Shown here in pieces: positions 25,901 to 39,100 of a stretch of DNA of 64,000 bases. Position numbers and translations under genes: made by a program. Source of the DNA: Styela clava (lineage: Eukaryota); NCBI RefSeq assembly GCF_964204865.1, contig NC_135252.1, positions 1,550,001 through 1,614,000 on the forward strand, read 5' to 3'. Numbering within the stretch: position 1 is the first letter of the stretch; the number at the start of each line of letters is the position of its first letter. The notes under the pieces were generated by a model. The model was not told where the DNA came from. It saw only the letters and a list, made by a program, of their open reading frames with translations, and did no database searches.

Positions 25901-27081
25901 TCCTCATGAGTTATGACGAGATGTTTTTCTTCAACAATTATACCAAGTTGCACAAAACAAGTAACGATACAACTAGTTTTGAGTAAACACATACCTATCC
26001 AAGAAACTCGTTTTCTGCCGTAAAGATCAGATAGCTGTCCCATTATTATTGCACCAGGCATATACCCAACATAAAACATTGATTGCAGAAACCCAGGAAT
26101 CCAATTTCGAGAATCTGTTAAATTCCACTAAAATAGAACAAAGTAGACAGCTGATTCTAGAATGTATCCTCAGCAGCTTGTGCTTCTGGTGTAGCGTATA
26201 CATCAGTATGGCAGCTCTCATTGAAAACTCAGTGGGAAAATATACATATAGTATTGCTATGGGGCGTGTACTTAGAAAACGAACATTCATTTAACACGAT
26301 TTAGGTTTCAAACTGTTGCCGGGACATTCCAATTGCTATCTAACCTTACAGTGTCCGTAAATGCTTGTCAGTTCAATCTGTTTTGCTTTTCGTGTAATGT
26401 AACCGCAAATATAAAGATCAATATGGTGCAAAGTTGACTTGTTGAAACAAATGGAATTAACAGTACAACTCGGTTGATGGTGTTGCATCACTTAAAATCC
26501 AGATTAATAGTATTTATTCTAAAGGATCAGGTTCCAAAACAAGCAATGCAAATTTATGTCACATTTCATCATTACCTCAGTAACGATTGTCTGCACATTA
26601 CTAGCATGCGGGTTATCTACGAATGCTGACGAAGGGGCTGAAGAAAATACCATCAGTATGAGATCTGGAGGTTTCGCAAGCTGAAAAAATATTTCAGAAT
26701 TAGGGTTAAGTTATTTCCAGTTTTCAAACTTATTCTCTATGTGCAATAAAATGTCACCTAGTTGATATGTAAAAAAAATTACATTGGTATGCATACAAAC
26801 GAACGAAGTCATTTTTATTTTTGATTAAACATGAAATCTTGTCTTAATGTGTTTTGTCACTTTTACTGCAATTTGCGAACAATGAACATATATATACGAA
26901 GTTAACCTACCGAAAATAGAAAACCCAGCAACGATAAAATGACATAAGCCCTTTTGTAAACAGATCCAACTTGTACATTCAGAATTTTGTCTATACTTCC
27001 CATTTTATTTCCGACAACCGATCGAGGTACCTTCCAAGAATTGCTGTTTTGGTTTCTGAGTCGTCGTCTACCTCCTGGCAT
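19963..27081 (-). CDS. SLC22-family (MFS) organic ion transporter, short-loop SLC22A15-like, 12 exons
   Basis: Spliced exons read ...TIVTE/WNLTD...[11 protein letters not shown]...PESPRWL...FVFYGITL...AGRRRTL...[19 protein letters not shown]...[10 protein letters not shown]...LPETRGK. Approximate exons: 27081-26911, 26681-26577, 26127-25995, 25685-25521, 24920-24790, 24438-24334, 23580-23514, 23275-23139, 21859-21718, 21351-21265, 21076-20888, 20157-19963. Start codon uncertain (27081 or ~27003). Confidence 0.9.
22212..22822. mobile_element. hAT MITE in an SLC22 intron, carrying a nested HINE
   Basis: TIRs cattggttctcaaa ... ttcgagaaccactg; 8-bp TSD acctaaaa/acttaaaa (1 mismatch). Confidence 0.75.
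22445..22686 (-). mobile_element. Helentron-associated interspersed element (DINE-1/HINE-like)
   Basis: On the minus strand: T-run, subTIR tggacacg, (TTG)n microsatellite, 3' subTIR cgtgtcca, hairpin gagcatagctc, then tcttgtttt. No TSD. Confidence 0.65.
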
Positions 27082-28439
27082 TACGTTATGTTAATGGTTG
27101 TTCAACCATACTATTCAGTGCAATTATGCATAGTTTACTTGAATACGTGTTGAAGGCACAGACAACGATATTTCAGGATTGAGTTACAAAACCTGTCAAC
27201 AGCCTCGTCTATTATCATCTGTTTTAATATTATTATCTGGCATTCTCAGCTAGTTCAATCTGAACTCTAGAGCTTGTTGGAAAGTAATCTAAACGGCCGC
27301 GTTAGTGAGGATTTATGAAAATGCCTTTAATGCAGCAGATAAAATCAATCAATGAGACCGGAAACTACGCACACCATGTCAGCATCATGTCTACCGTGAG
27401 TTGCATTGCGTGACATGAAAATCTGCTTTCTTGCGTGATGCCGCTAGAGCGCTCAAATTCTGTGATATCAATTCTGTGTTCGGCATAATTTGCAAACAGT
27501 CTTACGTTCACTTTCCTGGGCATTATCAACAGATTACGAGCGTACCGCTGTAAAATATGTTTCTGGAATTCCCCGTATAGTAATATCACGTACAAAGTTA
27601 TATGCCGTAATAACGCCCAAGACAAATTACAGAAAATTTATTAAAAAGAATTTGCTGGCGGTATGAGAATCAAATCAAGACGAGGTAGCAAATGGTAAAC
27701 TTTGCAAATATTTTAAACCTCCAAAATATTGAATGTGTTGAATAGAAATAAAATGAATGAAATAGGAAATTACAAAAAGTATTTCAAACAACATTTCCAA
27801 GGTCGGGCCAGGCCGTGGCTGCTATTGCTATGCGCTATCCGTCGAAGTGGCGGATACCAAACGTTGTAGTGTGCTAGGCCACCTGCTCCCATGAAATGAA
27901 AGTTTCGTCCCAAAATCATCTCAACGTTTTCGACAGAGCTTGATACCCACATCATAATTAAGAAGTGACAAAGAGTTTTACATCTCGTCTAGGGTAGATG
28001 CCACTCGACGCATTCTGCAATCGCAGTTGCTTTTTTTATTTTATATTTATCCATCAACGTGACATCTAAATTTGATAACTCCCTCCCGTGTACCCCTTGA
28101 ATGGAGAGGACGTACTGAGATTCTTAGTTTATCTTTGTGCCTGCGTTTGACATTGCTCTGCTCTACATTGTTTATATTCTTGCTAACGGGTCGTATTTGT
28201 TTCCAAACTGTTTATTGATTTACGAAATTTTCGACTAGGTGAATAGGGTCCTTATTTACTGACCCTCTGACAAATTTTTAAAATTTGGAAATTTTGTCCA
28301 CCAAATGTCCACCTGCTTGAACCTAAATATAATTGGCGGTACTTTACCATATTATGACTTTTCACAAATTGTCGCATTCCCAACTTGATATTAGGATGGC
28401 CCATTACTTTCGCATTTAGTTCGCTTTATGTCGGATTCT

Positions 28440-29630
28440 GGTTCCGTCTCCTCAATTTTCACTTAAATTCTTCCAGATATTTCTGACCCTGTTTTGTTGC
28501 AGCTTCATTTTGAAACAAATTCCACGAGTCTTCGTTCCGCCGATCTTTTTTTTGGCTATAAGAAAGATGCTGATTGGGACGATATATATATTTGCTACTC
28601 GCTTCGGAGATCAGACTGGCGAACTGGTATTGCACAGGTATTTCCTAATGGACGGTACCATAATGGAACCATATTCTTCGCCACGGTATTCTGTGGAATG
28701 GACTGCGAAGATTGCGCAACGAAATAGATCAATTATTTGAGAATGCCAGAAACAAATGCTTGATAAAATTAAAAAGAAATATTTGTTTTCTGCAATTCAG
28801 CAAAAAGCCGTATTGCTCCACAGAATCTTGTCCTAAACAACAGCTGCCATTCCATCCCTCAAAAACATCCCCCAAATCATACACCCATCTATGACCAAAG
28901 CGATATTGTTTGCTAATTTATTTCCAAAGACCTGCAGTCCCGATTCAAAACAGTTAATCCTTTCTGAAATTTTCAGAACTTGACAATATTATTTGAAGTT
29001 TCGATAAAACCTTGAATATTCACCCGCGCAATTGCCAGGCTTAGATCCTCAACTGCTTCCGGCTCAGACGATATAGCCTACCCGCCGTGGGGTTGAAGTA
29101 ATGTTCCTCTGAAATTTTATCAAAATTATTTAATCAATGTTTATGTAATCCTTACTTCCAGAGTGATGGAAATTAGATAACCCTGTTGCCGATTTTAAAA
29201 CAGCCAGGTTCCGACCAATTCTGGTAAATATCTCCCAATCAATATTTTGCTAATCATGAGCAAAGTACTTGACTTACTTATCAACACAGTTATTGCTGAC
29301 CACATAAAATTATATAACCTTTTATTCGACAATTTGTTTTCGTCGAAAACGTTCTAGCGCCGATAGGAAAACTGAAAGAACATACCGTGTACTGGGTCGA
29401 AGTGGTGAAGCTTAATTAATTGCCTTGGATATTCCAGCAGCTTTTGATAGTTTGGCACTCCGGAATCGTGTACAAAATTTGATTCTATTGTATACCTGGT
29501 TGGATTTTTACCATCATTAAATCATTTTCCTCTAAATGCAAAATCAACGTTATTCTTGAAAACGAGATCTGATGCGGTTTCCCAGGGCTGAATTCTTGGA
29601 CCTACATTGTTCCCAATATTTACTAATGGG
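28440..29630 (+). mobile_element. Highly decayed non-LTR retrotransposon (LINE) reverse transcriptase remnant
   Basis: Recognisable RT motifs across frames: PILKQPG..., IMSKVL, ALDI.AAFD (~29422), and SQG*ILGPTLF (~29580, the GVPQGSILGP motif). Many stops and frameshifts. Confidence 0.7.
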
Positions 29631-30386
29631 GAATCAATTTATCAATGAATTATAATTAAACGTAGATAAGTGAAAATTGAGAACGAGAATGCTCTACGTC
29701 ACAATAGTGCCTTTCGTTGCGAGATGTTTTTCACTTTCTTCCAGGACTTGATCCAAATGAATCGCGTACGGGTTTGCAATGAGTTCGTATTCATTACTAG
29801 ATACAACATTACGTTGTCCATTATTCGATTCCGAATGGCGTTGAAGCCTCGTGTACTTTACAAACTGGTGCTGGGCCATCATGCCGCAAAAGTAGCCCGT
29901 TTGAACCGCAATTGAAACAAACAAGAGAGCGATGCTCATATCTGTCGGGTGATGCACAACGGTAATTCTATGAAGTTTCAGTAGCTCTTGGCATTTCAAT
30001 AATAACTCATAACTTTGCTGAGATGTAAGTCCTCTGTACATTCACTGAGCAAATACCATAAAAAAGCGATTTCTATATATATATGCAAAGTGCTTCCTTC
30101 CATTGTGTTCTTTGGTTGGGCCAATTTGGTGATTTGGATTGATTTGATTTTATCAAGAACTTTTTCACCATTAATTCTTTTCTGCGTGTTTCATATGTAG
30201 GGGAAAACGGAACCTCATCGCTTTTTCTACCTGTCAATGACGCGAAGGCACGTTGCGGGAATCGGAACTTTTGCTTGTTTTTTTTTGGATATGTGGTAAA
30301 AAGATACGACCTTATAAAAACCTATTTTCTGTTACGACTCCACGTTGTACGCCACAGGTTGCATCATGAATTTTGGTTTTTACAAA

Positions 30387-33300
30387 ATGAGATACTTCTA
30401 TTGCGTTATATTTTCTGCCTTGGTATGTTTTGGAGAATCTTTTGTGCCATTAGAAGAAGGTATGGTATGTATAATTTCATATGCTGTAATTGTTGAAGGC
30501 AAAAACAGTCTGAACACGTGAAGAAACTTTCTTGTTCCATTCATATTTGAAGTTCGCCCAATAAGAAATTAAATGCAGTTATCTATGTATAGTTGTTGAA
30601 TATTTCAGTATGGAAGCTGTGGTCAGTCTGTATCTCAACAATCTATACTTCAGGTTGCCGCATAATGATGGTATCACACGTAAGCAAGTGGTCCTTACTA
30701 AAGGAGAATCTTTGAAATTGGAATTTATTCCATCTGCTGGATCCTGGTCTTATATTCAATGGTAGCATTTTCATTACTTGGTGATGTTAAGCATTTACAT
30801 AAACATACATGTTTTGCTATAACAGTTTCGGGTTCGATCAGGATCAGTGTGCTTCAGAGCAGGGGTCCGCAAATACAGGGTCGCAGCTAGGGCTGGGCAT
30901 ATTCCAATACCTGATGATTTCAGAATCAAATCGAATACTTTTTTCGAATCGAATCTCGAATACTTGGGAGATATGATTGTATGCGATTTTTTTATTGTAA
31001 TTGGTCCTTTCAAAATATGAATTACTGAAAACGTAGAATACATCACTCAGACAGATTGCTGAGCGTTTAAATACAATAAGAAACACGTTTTATCAATAAC
31101 TCACTACAGAAAATAGTCATATGTCAGAAATGCATTGAAAAAATATGGTCCCGATAAAAGTAAATTAAGGTATTCATGTCGACCATTGGCGGTAAAAAAA
31201 ACAATATGGCGGCGATTCGAGATACTGCTCTGAACCGATTCGAATAATTCACTTTTTCCGTGGATCCGAATATTTCAAGAGTGGAGTAGGTAGTGTTTAT
31301 TTCGATTTTCCGTTACAAAAAAAGAAACAAATATACGAAAAATTAGGAAATTGGGCAAAATCTAAAAAAGATTTAAGACGTGCTGATGCACGTGCCCACT
31401 TACCCCAAACAGCAAACAACACAATTGAAGTAAGTTTAAAATAAATACTCAGAATTTAATCCGGTCGTAAATACTTGGGAGTGGATGTGGAATTTGAACA
31501 TAGACTGCAGTTTCTACTATATCTGCACAAGAAAATAACGAGAAGTGTAGAATACAGCAAATAAACAAGCGGTGCGCAATATGTGATAATTAATGTGATT
31601 ATGTGATTACAAAAGCATTCCGCGCTCTGTCGTTCCAACTTCAGTTTTAATCAAAATCCGTGTGCTTTGTGTATTGTGTCTTTTTTATGGAACCCATCAT
31701 CAAATATCCGTTACATTTGATGTTTGACTGTTCATGTTATCCTCAGCTTCGATCAGGTTTCCATGATAAACTTCAGCCATGCTAAAAGCCAGCATGATCT
31801 GATGCGAACTGATCCATATCGTATCGGTACTGCATCTGAAGAAGAACATAGGCTATATACTGTAATTTCGTGTTTTTTCTGATAATTGTTTTTATAGGTG
31901 CCCGTGCACAGAATTCACCAATCACCAGCATTGTTTTGATTTAGGTTTGTAATATCTTCTCAGGAGGATTTATATTTGTCTGGTTTTCCAATAGAAAATC
32001 GCCGTTTCAATGCAACCGGATGGGCGGATGGGCGAATTTCCTCGTTTTCGCGTGCTATTTGTTAGTTTTTAGCTGTGTTTTGGTAAATATACATCTGAAT
32101 CAAATAACTCAATGATCATTTTGTCTTCGTAGAAGTTTTATTTCAATTGCAGTAAACAAAAATTAATCTAGAAATAGCTGTGATGGAATAGGCTAAACTT
32201 TTGTACCGGTACATTCAAATGAAAGGTTGTTGAATTTTTTTAGTCAAAATGATGGTTTGAAACATATAAACGGTTTATAGGCGCCGACTCGTAAAACCAC
32301 TCATGAAATAAGTACCAACAATTTTGCACAGGTAAAGTATATAGGAAAGATTTCCCGGGGATCGAAATTCGAGGAAACTTCCATTACGTAGTTGTTTGCA
32401 TTGTTATTATCCTACTACGTAGTCAATTGTATTGTTCCGTAGCAATGCGAGGTTAGCAGTGGCTGTGTGGAATTGCTTGATAAGACAGATGATGAGATTT
32501 CATGTGCTAAGTTTCATAAAATTTTGTGCAGTAAAATTGCTAGTGTCAATAATAGTCTTAAAATCAATAACTAATTACATGCTTACCAAATGCGTGGGTC
32601 GCGAGAAATTAGGAAAAAAAAAAAAATTGGGGTTGCGCCAAAAAGTAGTTGCGGACCCCTGCTTTAGAGAAACTATTATGATGCCTAAACATAACTATGA
32701 CTTACACCGAAGAAACTTGATATACGATATTAGTATTATATTATTTATATTTTATACTATATTCAGGATAAAACTCCATGAAGAAGGACAACAATTTAAG
32801 CATCTAATTATTCCCGCTAACCAAGCGTTCAACAATGGAAGCGCAGTGATATCTTCAATAGTTTTAGAGAGTGTGACTGGGAGCGATACAGCAAATTACA
32901 GCTGCATTTTAACAACTGCTCTAGTCACTTCATCCACGGAGTTTTTCGCGGCTGTAAAAGGTGAGTTCTGAAACTGTGATGACATATTTAATTTACAAGC
33001 CTAATGATGGCATTATAGTAATTGCTTACATTGTGTTTTTTTTCTAATCAAATAAAGAATTTTGCACCGAAGGTTTGTGCAAACGTATAGATTTGTTGCA
33101 AGAGTACAGTTATTGAATTCGTAAATATTGACAAAATTGCAATTGTAAATCTTGATATAGTACCATACGATTGCAAAAGAGACCTTGTTTTTATAGCCGT
33201 AGCTCAGTAGCTTGAATCATAAGTATAATCTCAGAAATTGGTTGATTTTCCCGGATATCAGTTTTGTAATGTGCGTGTTTTCTTTTTTCAAGTTACTTTT

Positions 33301-33563
33301 ACGATGTTATATTTATATAAATAAAAAACAACGGCTATTTTCACATGACGTAGTTAGGTAGCTGACCCTGAGATTTCTTTGGCGTTTTGATACAAATCTA
33401 TATATCTATCAGAAATTAGTACTTTTGCAGATATAAATGCGAATGTGATGAAAAATGCACTGGGGAAAATGTAGCAAATTGGATACATGTTTTAATAGAC
33501 CATGCTTAAATAATGGATCATGCAGGATCACAGACTACAAGTTTAACTGTTCTTGTTTAGAAG
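30387..33563 (+). pseudogene. Ig-EGF-ZP gene copy 1, 5' fragment only
   Basis: Signal exon MRYFYCVIFSALVCFGESFVPLEE is present. Exon 2 is deleted, the first Ig cysteine is lost by a 6-nt deletion, the exon 5 acceptor is mutated (CAG>CAA) with a deletion, and exon 6 is frameshifted. No downstream EGF or ZP exons. Confidence 0.85.
30860..32661. mobile_element. Non-autonomous hAT element in the copy-1 intron
   Basis: TIRs caggggtccgcaa ... ttgcggacccctg; TSD cttcagag/ctttagag. The empty site gtgtgctttagagg is seen in copies 3 and 4 (~49825, ~61997). Confidence 0.9.
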
Positions 33564-34239
33564 GTAAAATTTATCATTTGAATTTTTGAACCACTGTCAT
33601 CGTTTGCAGTTTTCATAAAACGTCTCTAAATTTTTGTTTTTATCCCGACATTAATCCGGGTCACATTTACTTATTTGCGTAATTTTACAACGGCACAGCA
33701 TATTTGAAAACTGATTTTTCAACAAACACATTTTATCAATAGCCCCATATATTGCAATTTAAAAAAAAACATGCTTTGACTGCACGTTTCCAAGATCAGG
33801 TCATGGTTGATAAATTTACATGAGAAGATCAAACCAGCCAACCGTATACATTCAAATTGCAAATTTGCATTGGAAATTGCAGAAATAATGTAGCCTATGT
33901 GATGATTTTCTCTGTAGACTAGTGGTCTTATGAGCAAGCCGTTTTGTGCATGTTTTTTTACAAATCACCCGCGTAATTGCCAGGCTGAAATCCTCGACTG
34001 CTTCCAAAGCAATTGGTCCGGTAGTTCATGAGAGAAGCGATTTTTTCATAACAATAACACCACAATAACAGAACGGTCCATATGTGACACTTCGTGTAAA
34101 AAAATAGATTCGTTGGTGCAAATTCCGCGTTTGCAAATATTCGTGAAATCAAATGTCCGTGGTCCAAATATCTATGAGTAAAATCTGTATGCGGATGCTA
34201 AAATGTGCGAGTGCAAATATAATATGATGGAAAATGGTC

Positions 34240-35117
34240 CGCATGCGGCTCGCCGGAGCATTTTTGCGGCTCTTCTCGCGAGCATTTATTATTATTCAAA
34301 TTTAACTTAAGAGAAACTGTAGTGTATCAGTTTTTTTTTCAATTTATTAAGCGTTAGAAGTAGTTTTCATCAATGATTGAGGCAAGTTATGTTTTAGTAT
34401 GAAAGTCGTTGTGGCGTGGAATTTTAAATCAGTCAAGCTACAAATCTTACGTCACAATGGTCAAATGTATGTTGACGCGTCGGCGGCATTGTTAGCTTGA
34501 TTGCGGTTTGTCTCAGTTACAGTGCAATATGTCTCCAAGTAAGAAGCGAAAATACAAAGATGAGAACAGAGTAGTCAAGTTAGAATGGGAAGACAAATAC
34601 GCATTCAAAATTTAAGAAAATAAACCTTTGTGATTAATCTCTCATAGGCGACTAAGTCATAATAAAGTTGGCCATGTTGAACGGTACCATGAAATGAATC
34701 TTAAAATTGTCTTACGAGACTACCCTCGTAAATCAGCTGGAAGGAAACACAGATTAAATACCTTTAAATTAAAACTAAAAAGACAGCAGAAATGTATGAT
34801 AATATTTGACAAGCAACCCGATGCATCCATTGAAGCTAGTTTCGTCATATCATGAAATATTAATCGTGCTGCCAGTACTGTGACTCTATTTTGTTAAAAA
34901 AATATTGCTGATGTTGCCGTAGTCAAGAGCCCAAACGCCGGCTTCGCGTCGCGCAACACAAAGACGCATCTCCCAAATTAGTATATATTAATTTAACAGT
35001 TACAATGTAAAATGATTTAATGACTTCTAATAATCATGATTTCGAAATTATGCGTCTCTCACATATTTCTGACTTGCTGCATGCGGCTCTCATACTAAAA
35101 AATTTTGCCTAATTCTG
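34240..35117 (+). mobile_element. Decayed SPIN/Buster-type hAT transposon with a transposase N-terminal remnant
   Basis: From ATG 34529: MSPSKKRKYKDENRVVKLEWEDKYAF..*ENKPL*LI...HVERYHEMN...LKRQQ...EASFVIS*NI.RA, resembling the N-terminus of SPIN/GTF2IRD2-like transposases, with stops. gcatgcggctc subterminal motifs at both ends. Absent from the paralogous region near 47.7 kb. Confidence 0.75.
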
Positions 35118-36116
35118 GTATAGATAATTAAATCTGATCTTTTACATTGTTAGTCTTTAACTTAACTGCATGCATATTTTTTCGGCAATGTATCTATTCT
35201 AAACTATTTAGACCTGTTCTACCGCAACCAATACAAAGCGGTTCACCCCCAATTAGGTGTGGCTGGTCGACTAACTGCGAACTCTCACGTCTCTCATAGT
35301 TATTAGCAAGCACAATTATTTGGGATGTGAGCATTTAAAATTATATTCAAGGTGTATTTGTTGAGCTAAGCAAGCCCCAAAACCGCCCATTGTAGATAAG
35401 CCCAGAACAAGAAACCATCCAATTCCACATTAGTGGCTGCAGTGGCGACGGCGCCAACTTCACCTGTTGAAGTTGGCCCGCACGCCGCAAGCTCATTCAA
35501 TTCAGTAATGACTGATTGACATATTCAAACAACCTTGGCGCGACCCATTTTACGACCACAATTTTATGGCCTATATATTTAAAAAATAAATTCTCAATAA
35601 CTTCGGACATATACAATTAATTATCGATGTTTTAATCTTAATATTGACTTCAACTGTTTAAAGTCTTTCACGAATCGGCATTTACTGACTGGTGATGCAC
35701 TACCATAATTTTATGAAATTGCAGTAGTTGATGGCCCGTATCTTTTCTAAGGGGTCTACTTTATTTCTGAGTAACCTTGCTTTGAGCAAATACACTAAAA
35801 AGCTATTTCTATATATGCCAAGTGCTTCCTTCCATTGGGTTCTTTGGTTGGGCCAATGTGGTGTTTTGAATTGATTTGATTTTATCAAAAACTTTTTCAC
35901 CATTACATCTTTTCTGCGTGTTTTTTATTATATAAGGAAAATGTAAGGCATCTTCATCGCTTTTTTACTTGTCAACGATATGAAGGCACGTTTCTGAAAT
36001 CAGTATAATTTATGATCTGTTTTTTGGATATATGGTAAAAAGTTAATACGGCATTAAAGGAATTTATTTTTCTCGCAATCCTTCCACGTTGCATCATGAA
36101 TTTTGGTTCTTCAAAA

Positions 36117-39100
36117 ATGAGCTACTTCTATTGCGTTATATTTTCTGCCTTGGTATGTTTTGGAGAATCTTCTGTGTCACTAGAAGAAGGTGAGATATAT
36201 ATGTTTATTTTAATATGCTGTAATTGTTGAAGGCAAAAACAGTCTGAACACTTGAAAAAACTTTCTTGTTCCATTCATGTTTGAAGTTCACTCAATAAGA
36301 AATTAAATGCAGTTATCTACGTATAGTTGTTGAATATTTCAGTATGGAAGCTGTGGTCGGTCTGTAATAACTTATATATATAATTCTTTACACTAGATTC
36401 AGAGATACCAAATATACATCAAGCGCGGTGAGTCTTTTTTTTTTAATAACAATTTTGTCTTCTTTCTGCGATTTCCTATACTATATCATATCTCTATAGT
36501 CTTATATGAGAACTTATCGCACAACCGAATTTACTTGTATAAATTTTACAACAGTCAATTTTTCAGGTTGCCGCATAATGATGGTATCACACGTGAGCAA
36601 GTGGTCCTTACTAAAGGAGAATCTTTGAAATTGGAATGTGAATTTTATCCATCTGTTGGATCCTGGTCTTATATTCAATGGTAGCATTTTCATTTCTTGG
36701 TGATGTTAAAGCATTTACATAACCTTAAATATTCTCTAACAAATTAAAACATTGCCTAAAAATCCTTGAAGGTGGAACTTCTCTTAATTTATATAACTAT
36801 AAATTACACCGAAGAAACTTGATATATGTTTTTATCATTCATCCAATTTCCAGGATAAAGCTCCATGAAGAAGAACAACAATTCAAGCATTCAATTATTC
36901 CCGCCAACCAAACATTCAACAATGGAAGCGCAGTGATATCTTCAATAGTTTTAGAGAGTGTGACTGGGAGCGATACAGCAAATTACAGCTGCATTTTCAC
37001 AACTGCTCTAGTCACTTCATCTATGGAGTTTTTCGTGGCAGTAAAAGGTGAGTTCTGAAACTGTGATTACATATTTAATTCACAAGTCTAATGATGGCAA
37101 TATACTAATTCCAAAGATTATGTTTTGTTTTCTAATCAGATAAAGAATTTTGTACCGAAAGTTTGTGCAAACCTCATGGACAATGTATAGAACTGTTGCA
37201 AGGGTACAGTTATTGAATTCGTGAATATTGGCAAACTTGCAATTGGAATTTTGGTATAATGTTCAAGCCGGCCGAATGAAAGCTTATTACAAAATATTCA
37301 ACCATTCTGGCTGTAGTATATGGTTCTATCTATATATTATATTACATAATCCGCGCGTAGACAATTCTTAGTAAAAAATCATCCTACTTAATATACGCTT
37401 CACTTTTTCAAATTTCAAATTATATTTGTTGAATTCAACGTAATTTTTTGTTATATCTGTCCGACACCGATATGTAGCTGGGGAAGAACACGCTGTTTTT
37501 GTGGCACTACAGATAGGGTCGCAAAAGCGGCCTTGTGATTATAACCGTACCTCAGTGGCTGGAATTATAAGTATATAATCTCATAAATTGGTTCAATTCC
37601 GGAGATCAGTTATGTAATGTGCGTTTGGCGTGTTTTAAGTTTCTATTATTTTACAATGTTATTATTATATAAATAAAAAACAACGGTTTTCTATTTTCAC
37701 ATGAGGTAAAGTGGTACGTAGTTGACCTGAGCTATCTTTGGCGTTTTGATACAAGTCTACATATCTCTCAGAAATTGAATCTTTTTGCAGATATAAATGC
37801 GAATGTGATGACGAATACACTGGGAAAGAATGTAGCATATTGGATACATGTTTTGATAGCCCATGCCTGAATAATGGATCATGCATGATCACAGACTACG
37901 GATTCAACTGTTCTTGTTTAGAAGGTAGAATTTATCATTTCAATTTTTGAACCAATGTCTTTGTTTGCAGTTTTCATAAAACGTTTTTACATTTTTGTTT
38001 TACAAATATTTCACCCAGACATCAACCAAGGCCACATTGACATATCTGTGTAACTTTAAAACGGCACAGTATATTTGAGAACTGATTTTTCAACAAACAC
38101 ATTTTACCAATAGCTTCAGATATTGCAATTTAAAATAAATTTACATGAGGAGATTAACTCAGCTAACCCGTATACATTCAAATCGCAAATATGCATTGAA
38201 AATTGCACAAACATTGTATATATGTAATGATTTTCTCTGTAGACTAGCGGGATTATAAGCACGCATGTTTTGTGCATGTTTTTTGCTGATTCGTCTTCAA
38301 ATGTACAAGTACAATACTCCTGAAAATCACATTACATTGATTTAGATTATATTAGAGTTTAGATATACGTATATTGAGAGAAGTAAAATTGCTTTATGGA
38401 TTTATTTGCTTATAATTATATGATTGACCCACTAATGACTGATTAGAGTTGTAGGAAAACTCTTGTTTCTGCAGAAAACGACTATTGCATCATATAATCG
38501 GCATAAATTGCTTAGAGGCTTTTTAACTCAAATAAATACGATAGAATATATATATTGTATTAGGTTTTTATTATAATAATAAAAATAGCGGAACCCATAA
38601 AAACGTAAAAATTTCGTGGATATGATATTTCGATTTCCATGGATAAAATATTTCGATTTCCTGTTGTAGATTTTCATTAGGACATGATACAATACAATGG
38701 TGCAATAATGATATGATAACGATCACAGTATGATCGAAAGCAGGAAATAGTTGAGTTACAACAATAAAATTTACTTATTAACCTTATAATTTGACATTTT
38801 CGATCGAAGGTTTTAAAGGAAAAACGTGTGAGAAAGAAGCTTGCCTGGCGTCAAGCTGTTATGGAGGAGGAAGTTGTCGAGAAACAAATGGCGGAAAAAT
38901 CAAATGCGACTGTCGATACAATCGTGCAGGAAAATATTGCGAACATGCTTGTTCATTCAGTAATTACAAGGTACTGATTTCTAACTAAAAATAAATCGTT
39001 TTTCTTTGGAAACATGATGTCTACTGATAAAATCATACGCATGGAAATATATTAAGTTGCTAGTAGTATATGATAAATAAAGGCGTATATTAAAAGTTAA

